A stretch of 64,000 nucleotides of DNA from Planctomycetota bacterium (GTDB lineage: Bacteria; Planctomycetota; B15-G4), in assembly GCA_965248575.1 (NCBI GenBank), contig CBDFJQ010000002.1, positions 544,001-608,000 of the forward strand. Reading direction: 5' to 3'. Below the pieces are notes generated by a model. It searched no databases and was not told the DNA's origin. It saw only the letters and a program-made list of their open reading frames with translations. The stretch's first letter is position 1. Each line of letters begins with the position of its first letter. Both the position numbers and the translations under genes were made by a program. Shown piece by piece: positions 59,078 to 64,000 of the stretch.

Positions 59078-59938
59078 TCAGTAGGTGTAGAAGCCTTGCC
59101 CACTCTTCCGGCCGAGCTTTCCGGCCGCCACCATGTCGCGCAGGATCTGCGGTGGCTCGAAGGTCGCGCTGCCCAGCTCTTTGTGCAGGTGCTCTGCGAT
59201 GGCGAGGCGCACATCGAGCCCCACGAGATCGGTGAGCTTGAGCGGGCCCATGGGGTGGCGGTAGCCGAGCTCCATGGCCTTGTCGATGTCGGTGGGCGAG
59301 GCCACCTCTTCTTGCACCATGCGCATGGCTTCCAGGCCCAACAGGACTCCCAGGCGGCTGGTGGCGAAACCGGGCGAGTCGCGCACCAGGATCGGGTCCT
59401 TGCCGAGGCGCAGGGCGAAGTCCCTGGAGGCGTCGACGGCTTCCTGTGAACTCTCGTTGCCGCGCACGACCTCAACCAGCTTCATGACGGGCACGGGGTT
59501 GAAGAAGTGCAGGCCGACGATGCGGTCCTCCGCGCCGGAGCCCCGGGCAATCTCGGTGATGGGCAAGGAACTCGTGTTGGTGCCCAGCAAGCAATGCGCT
59601 GGGGCCGTCTTGGCGAAGCCCGCGAAGAGCTTGCGCTTGATGGCCATGTCCTCCAAGGCTGCCTCCACCAGGACGTCCGCACCGGCCACCGCGGATTCCA
59701 TGTCGTCCGTCGACTCGATGGCGCCGAGAATCTTCTCGCGCTGCTCGGCGCTGACCTTGCCCTTGTCCACGGCACGGGTGAGCGAGGAGGCGATGGCGTC
59801 CCGCCCGGCGCTGGCCCTGGCGGCATCCACATCCACGAGCTGCACACGGCTGCCCGTGGCTGCGCAGGTCTGGGCGATGCCTCGGCCCATGGTGCCGGCG
59901 CCGATGACAGTGACTTGATCAAAGCGGAAGGCGCTCAC
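59078..59938 (-). CDS. 3-hydroxyacyl-CoA (3-hydroxybutyryl-CoA) dehydrogenase
   Basis: GAGTMGRGIA, TNTSSL, GLHFFNPVP, HPMGPL.LTDLVGLD, GRKSGQGFY. Confidence 0.95.
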   Translation of the reverse strand: MSAFRFDQVTVIGAGTMGRGIAQTCAATGSRVQLVDVDAARASAGRDAIASSLTRAVDKGKVSAEQREKILGAIESTDDMESAVAGADVLVEAALEDMAIKRKLFAGFAKTAPAHCLLGTNTSSLPITEIARGSGAEDRIVGLHFFNPVPVMKLVEVVRGNESSQEAVDASRDFALRLGKDPILVRDSPGFATSRLGVLLGLEAMRMVQEEVASPTDIDKAMELGYRHPMGPLKLTDLVGLDVRLAIAEHLHKELGSATFEPPQILRDMVAAGKLGRKSGQGFYTY

Positions 59939-60975
59939 GAAGAGACTCCTGGAGTGAGGATGATTTTTCCGAACGCCTCCCGCTGAGCCAGGGCGTCATG
60001 TGCCGCGGCGATCTCGGTCAGCGGGAGGACCCGATCCACCACGGGCTTGAGCAGGCCACGGCCCACAAGCTCGACGACGTGCATGAGCTCGCCGCGACTG
60101 CCCATGGTGCTTCCGAGGATGGAGAGGTTCTTGAAGAAGATGTGCCGCAGGTCCGCTTCCAGCTTGGGGCCCGTGGTCGCACCGCAGGTGACCAGCCGCC
60201 CATTGCGTGCAAGGCTGCGCAGGCTGGCGGGCATGGTGGCTTCGCCCACATGTTCGAAGACGATGTCGACGCCACGCCGTCCCGTGAGTTTCTTGACGGA
60301 CTTGGCGAGGTCGCCCTCGCGAGAGGGCAGCACGTGGTCTGCACCCAGTTCGAGTGCTCGCTGGCGTTTGGCCTCGGTGCCCGCCGTGGCGATCACCTGA
60401 GCATGGTGCAGCTTCGCGATCTGCACCGCCGCGGAACCCACGCCGCTCCCGGCAGCATGGACCAGGACCGTGTCGCTGGAGTTGAGCCCGCAGCGCACAA
60501 CGAGCATGTGCCAAGCCGTGAGGAAGGTCAGCGGGACGGCGGCGGCTTCGGGGAAATCGAGGCCCTCCGGCATGGCCAAGGCGTTGCGCGCCGAGAGCGT
60601 GATGTACTCCGCACAGGCGCCGTCCTGGGTCTCGCCCAGGATGCCGTACTCGGGGCAGAGGTTGTCATCGCCCCGGGAACAGGGAGCGCAGTGGCCACAC
60701 GAGGTGCCGGGTGACCCGAGCACCCTGTCGCCGACATGCAGCCAGTCCACGAGCTCGCCCGTCTCCGCCACCACGCCCGAGAAGTCGCAGCCGGGGATCA
60801 TCGGCAGGGGGAACTCGTGGCCGGGCACGCCGCGCCGCACCCAGGTGTCGAGGTGATTGAGGCCCACGGCCCTCACCTGCACCAGAACTTCATCGGGGCC
60901 GGGGCTGGGGCGTTCCCGCTCTTCGATACGCAGCACGTCGGTGCCGCCGTGTTCCGAGATGACAACGGCCTGCAT
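59935..60975 (-). CDS. Zinc-binding medium-chain dehydrogenase/reductase
   Basis: Structural Zn motif CGHCAPC.....NLC, AAGSGVG, GSTMG. Confidence 0.92.
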   Translation of the reverse strand: MQAVVISEHGGTDVLRIEERERPSPGPDEVLVQVRAVGLNHLDTWVRRGVPGHEFPLPMIPGCDFSGVVAETGELVDWLHVGDRVLGSPGTSCGHCAPCSRGDDNLCPEYGILGETQDGACAEYITLSARNALAMPEGLDFPEAAAVPLTFLTAWHMLVVRCGLNSSDTVLVHAAGSGVGSAAVQIAKLHHAQVIATAGTEAKRQRALELGADHVLPSREGDLAKSVKKLTGRRGVDIVFEHVGEATMPASLRSLARNGRLVTCGATTGPKLEADLRHIFFKNLSILGSTMGSRGELMHVVELVGRGLLKPVVDRVLPLTEIAAAHDALAQREAFGKIILTPGVSS

Positions 60976-60979
60976 GGCG

Positions 60980-61786
60980 TCAGCTTCCTTTGAACCGTGG
61001 TGCGCGGCGTTCCTTGAAGGCCGCGAAGCCCTCACTGGCATCGGCACTCTTGAAGAGCTGCTGTTGGAGCTCCCGCTCCAGGGCCAGGTGGCTTTCGAAG
61101 GACATCTCGAGACCGGAGACCACGCTGCGCTTGATGGCACCCACGGCCAGGCTGGCCTTGTGCGGGGGACAGAAGCCGCGCGCCCGTTCGAGCACCGTGT
61201 CCATGAAGTTGTCGGCTGGGAGGATCTCGTTGACGAGCCCGAGAGCTTGGGCCGCATCGAAGTCCATGTTGGTGCCGGCGGTCATGAGTTCGATGGCCTT
61301 GGCGCGCCCCAACATCCGGGACAGGCGCGCCGTTCCGCCGGTGCCGGGCAGGACGCCCAGGGCGACCTCCGGGAGACCGAGCTTGCCGCCCGCCTGCTTG
61401 GCCCAACGCAGGTCGGCGGCCAGGGCCACTTCCAGGCCGCCTCCGACGGTATGTCCATTCAACGCGGCAATCACCAGCTTGGGCGTCTGTTCAAGTCGGT
61501 TCAGGGTCTCGTTGGCGTGCAGGCAGAAGTTGTATTTCCACTCAGGCGTGACGCTGGCCAGCATTTCGATGTCCGCGCCCGCGCAGAAGAACTTCTCACC
61601 CGCTCCGGTGAGCACGATCACGTGGACCTGTTCGTCGAAACGCGCCGCCAGGACGGCGTCGTCCAGGGCGCGGTGCATCTCATGGCTGTAGGCGTTGGCC
61701 GGTGGGTTGTTCAGCGTCAGCAAGGCGACGCCGTCGTGCACGGCGTACGTGACGAGGCTCACGGAGGGGGTCACTGGTCGGCTCAC
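60980..61786 (-). CDS. Enoyl-CoA hydratase/isomerase
   Basis: FCAGADI; both catalytic Glu present (GGGLEV, LPEV); PGTGGT. Confidence 0.93.
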   Translation of the reverse strand: MSRPVTPSVSLVTYAVHDGVALLTLNNPPANAYSHEMHRALDDAVLAARFDEQVHVIVLTGAGEKFFCAGADIEMLASVTPEWKYNFCLHANETLNRLEQTPKLVIAALNGHTVGGGLEVALAADLRWAKQAGGKLGLPEVALGVLPGTGGTARLSRMLGRAKAIELMTAGTNMDFDAAQALGLVNEILPADNFMDTVLERARGFCPPHKASLAVGAIKRSVVSGLEMSFESHLALERELQQQLFKSADASEGFAAFKERRAPRFKGS

Positions 61787-61930
61787 GGTTCGGCTAATGG
61801 GTCGGCTCGCGGGCGGGGCATAGGTCCAGGGACCATGAGGGCACGCGAAGTTGGCGGTGGAGACAAAGGGCCGGGCATACTATCAGTTAGAGCACGGACC
61901 ACGACGGCACCCCTCGGGACACCCAACGGC

Positions 61931-62821
61931 ATGGTGGACAAGGACGCGGCGGGAGCCGCGAGGGCCCAGGGCTCCAGTGCGCCAGGCCACGTGGAGCACG
62001 TCCCCCAGAGCGCCTACGAATCCCTCTACTTCGTACTCGCGGTGCTCTTCGTGGCGATGCTGATGCTCACGAACATCATCGGCACGAAGCTGTTCGTGGT
62101 GACGCCCGAGCTGCCCGTTTTGGGTCCGGTCATCGGCTGGGTGGGCTCCCTGGTGGCACAGCTCTTCCCGGAGCAAGCCAGCGAGGCCATCACGCTCACG
62201 GCCGGCATCATCACCTACCCGGTCACCTTCCTGATCACCGACATCGTGTCCGAGACTTTCGGGCGCAAGCGGGCCGACCGCATGGTGTGGTTGGGCTTCG
62301 GCTCCTCGCTGCTGATGTTGGGGGTGTTGGACGTCGCCCGGCGACTGACGCCTTCACCCTACTGGCAGGTGCCAGACGCCTACGCCGAGGTGTTCCGCCC
62401 GGACCTGGTCACGCTGGCTGCGGACGGCACGCAGGTGGCGTCTTCGGTGGCCAGTCAGGCGGCCTACCTGTTCACCTTCGATGCTCCGGGCACGCTGCTG
62501 TTGGCGTCCATGACGGCCTATCTGGTGGCACAACTCGTGGACAACCGCCTGTTCCACTTCTGGCGCCGGCTGACCAAGGGCAAGGCGCTATGGTTCCGCA
62601 ACAACATGTCCACCATGCTGTCGCAGTTGGTGGACACCATCATCGTCAACGCCATCTTCCTGCACTTCTACTGGAAGATGGAGTGGCCCGCGATCTGGGC
62701 CGTGATCATCGGTGTCTATGTGCTCAAGGCATTCATGGCCCTGCTCGATACACCCGCCTGCTATCTGGGCGTGTGGTGGGCGGGGCGCGTCGGCGCAGCA
62801 AGGCAGAGGAATGAAACATGA
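61931..62821 (+). CDS. Queuosine precursor transporter (YhhQ/VUT family)
   Basis: NIIGTK, YPVTFLITDIVSETFG, AYLVAQLVD, WFRNNMST.LSQLVDT, LDTP. Confidence 0.9.
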   Translation: MVDKDAAGAARAQGSSAPGHVEHVPQSAYESLYFVLAVLFVAMLMLTNIIGTKLFVVTPELPVLGPVIGWVGSLVAQLFPEQASEAITLTAGIITYPVTFLITDIVSETFGRKRADRMVWLGFGSSLLMLGVLDVARRLTPSPYWQVPDAYAEVFRPDLVTLAADGTQVASSVASQAAYLFTFDAPGTLLLASMTAYLVAQLVDNRLFHFWRRLTKGKALWFRNNMSTMLSQLVDTIIVNAIFLHFYWKMEWPAIWAVIIGVYVLKAFMALLDTPACYLGVWWAGRVGAARQRNET

Positions 62822-63372
62822 CGGATGCGCTGCACGACCTACGGTTTCCTGTGGGGGAGTTCGAGGTGCCCGGCGATGTCGGCGCCGCCCGGATCTCAGG
62901 CTGGGTCGATGAAATCGAGGCCTTGCCCGGCCTGCTGCGTTCGACCGTCAGCGGCATGGACGCAACGCAACTGGGCACACCCTATCGGCCCGAGGGTTGG
63001 ACGGTGCAAAAGGTCGTGCACCACCTCGCCGACAGTCACTTGAACAGCTTCGTGCGCTTCAAGTGGGCGCTGACAGAGGAGCGACCGACCATCAAGGCCT
63101 ACGATGAAGTGCGTTGGGCCGAGACCCCCGACGCAGGCAGCGCCCCGCTGGGCCCCTCACTGGACTGGTTGGATGCATTGCACAAGCGCTGGTGCGTGTT
63201 GCTCCGCGCGCTCTCGCCCGAGCAGCTGGACCGGGAATTCGTGCACCCGGTCTCTGGGCCGGTGTCCCTGCGGGTGAACGTGGGCATCTACGCCTGGCAT
63301 GGGCGACATCACCGGGCGCACATCACGAGCCTTGCTGCGCGCCAGGGATGGTCCCTGCCCACAGCCAGTTGA
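62818..63372 (+). CDS. YfiT/DinB family thiol S-transferase (bacillithiol-transferase-like)
   Basis: LRFPVG, TPYRPEGWT..VVHHLADSH, PTIKAYDE..WA, YAWHGRHH.AH. Confidence 0.92.
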   Translation: MTDALHDLRFPVGEFEVPGDVGAARISGWVDEIEALPGLLRSTVSGMDATQLGTPYRPEGWTVQKVVHHLADSHLNSFVRFKWALTEERPTIKAYDEVRWAETPDAGSAPLGPSLDWLDALHKRWCVLLRALSPEQLDREFVHPVSGPVSLRVNVGIYAWHGRHHRAHITSLAARQGWSLPTAS

Positions 63373-63375
63373 ACG

Positions 63376-64000
63376 TCAATCGTCGCGCATGCTCCGGGGC
63401 AGGGCGGGAAGTGACTCCTCCGACACGGGCGAGACGTACGGGAAGGCCCGGGACTGCTGCTCGAACTCGTCCCGCATGGCCTGCACGAGGGAGGGCCGGG
63501 TGAGCACGTCGATGCCCGCGGCGGAAAGGACCTTGGCCGCGTTGAGCATGGCCTTCTGTGCTGCACTGGAGCCGCTGGCGGCGGTGGACGCCCAGGAATG
63601 GGCGGGGACATCGAGGGGCCAGTTCGCAACGCGCAGGCCGATCGTGGGACAGACCCAGGAAATGTTCGCCACATCCGTGGAACCACCGGGTTCCGGCGCA
63701 GCGTCGGGATCGAAGGCTGTGATCTCCGTGTGCATTCCTGAGGGCGCTACGCCGAAGGCCGCCTGGAGGTCAGCGGCGAAGGACTGCTCCTCCGAGGTGT
63801 AGTCGGTGGGGCCTACGAGCCGCAGGTTGGCGTGCATCATCTCGGCGGCCGCGAGGTTTGGGTTGTAGTGGTAGAGGCCGGTGAACATCTCGACCTCTGC
63901 CGCGCGAAAGCCCGCGTCGAGGTCGCCGTGTTGTTCGCCCCAGGACATGAGGTCGGCGCCCTCCACGATCTTCAGCACGTGCTGGAACACTTGCTCCTGC
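63376..64000 (-). CDS. M20 amidohydrolase (AbgB-like), partial (5' end outside the window)
   Basis: GGSTDVANISWVCPT, PAHSW...ASGS..AQKAMLNAAKVL. Confidence 0.82.
   Translation of the reverse strand, partial: QEQVFQHVLKIVEGADLMSWGEQHGDLDAGFRAAEVEMFTGLYHYNPNLAAAEMMHANLRLVGPTDYTSEEQSFAADLQAAFGVAPSGMHTEITAFDPDAAPEPGGSTDVANISWVCPTIGLRVANWPLDVPAHSWASTAASGSSAAQKAMLNAAKVLSAAGIDVLTRPSLVQAMRDEFEQQSRAFPYVSPVSEESLPALPRSMRDD

Noticed and set aside
61787..61930. preQ1 riboswitch upstream of the queuosine-precursor transporter
   Set aside because: No class I stem-loop with A-rich tail is visible.

Overview
High-GC bacterial chromosomal segment. Gene content (many lipoproteins, CRTAC1/FG-GAP proteins, sulfatase-like proteins, choice-of-anchor B) suggests an uncultured Planctomycetota-like organism; this is an inference. 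About 46 CDS and 3 tRNAs (Leu-TAG, Lys-CTT, His-GTG); no integrase, transposase, CRISPR array or rRNA seen. Housekeeping genes: dxs, rpmH (absent from the ORF track), ygiQ-like radical SAM, RluA, ltaE, aconitase, ferredoxins, an M16 peptidase and an acyl-CoA/aromatic catabolic cluster. Best candidates for undescribed systems: (1) a tightly coupled 8-gene minus-strand operon (6.7-14.1 kb) encoding a GlmL/MutL-like actin-fold ATPase, a barrel-sandwich/KOW-like protein and several membrane proteins, with no B12 mutase nearby; (2) a ~105-aa terminal domain shared by five exported proteins, a candidate sorting/anchoring signal. Also notable: three 'sulfatases' with Thr instead of the Cys/Ser formylglycine precursor, a MauG/MbnH-like di-heme enzyme paired with a YtkA-like protein, and a phage-tail-like domain inside a large secreted protein. 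Family assignments come from motif recognition, not database searches.
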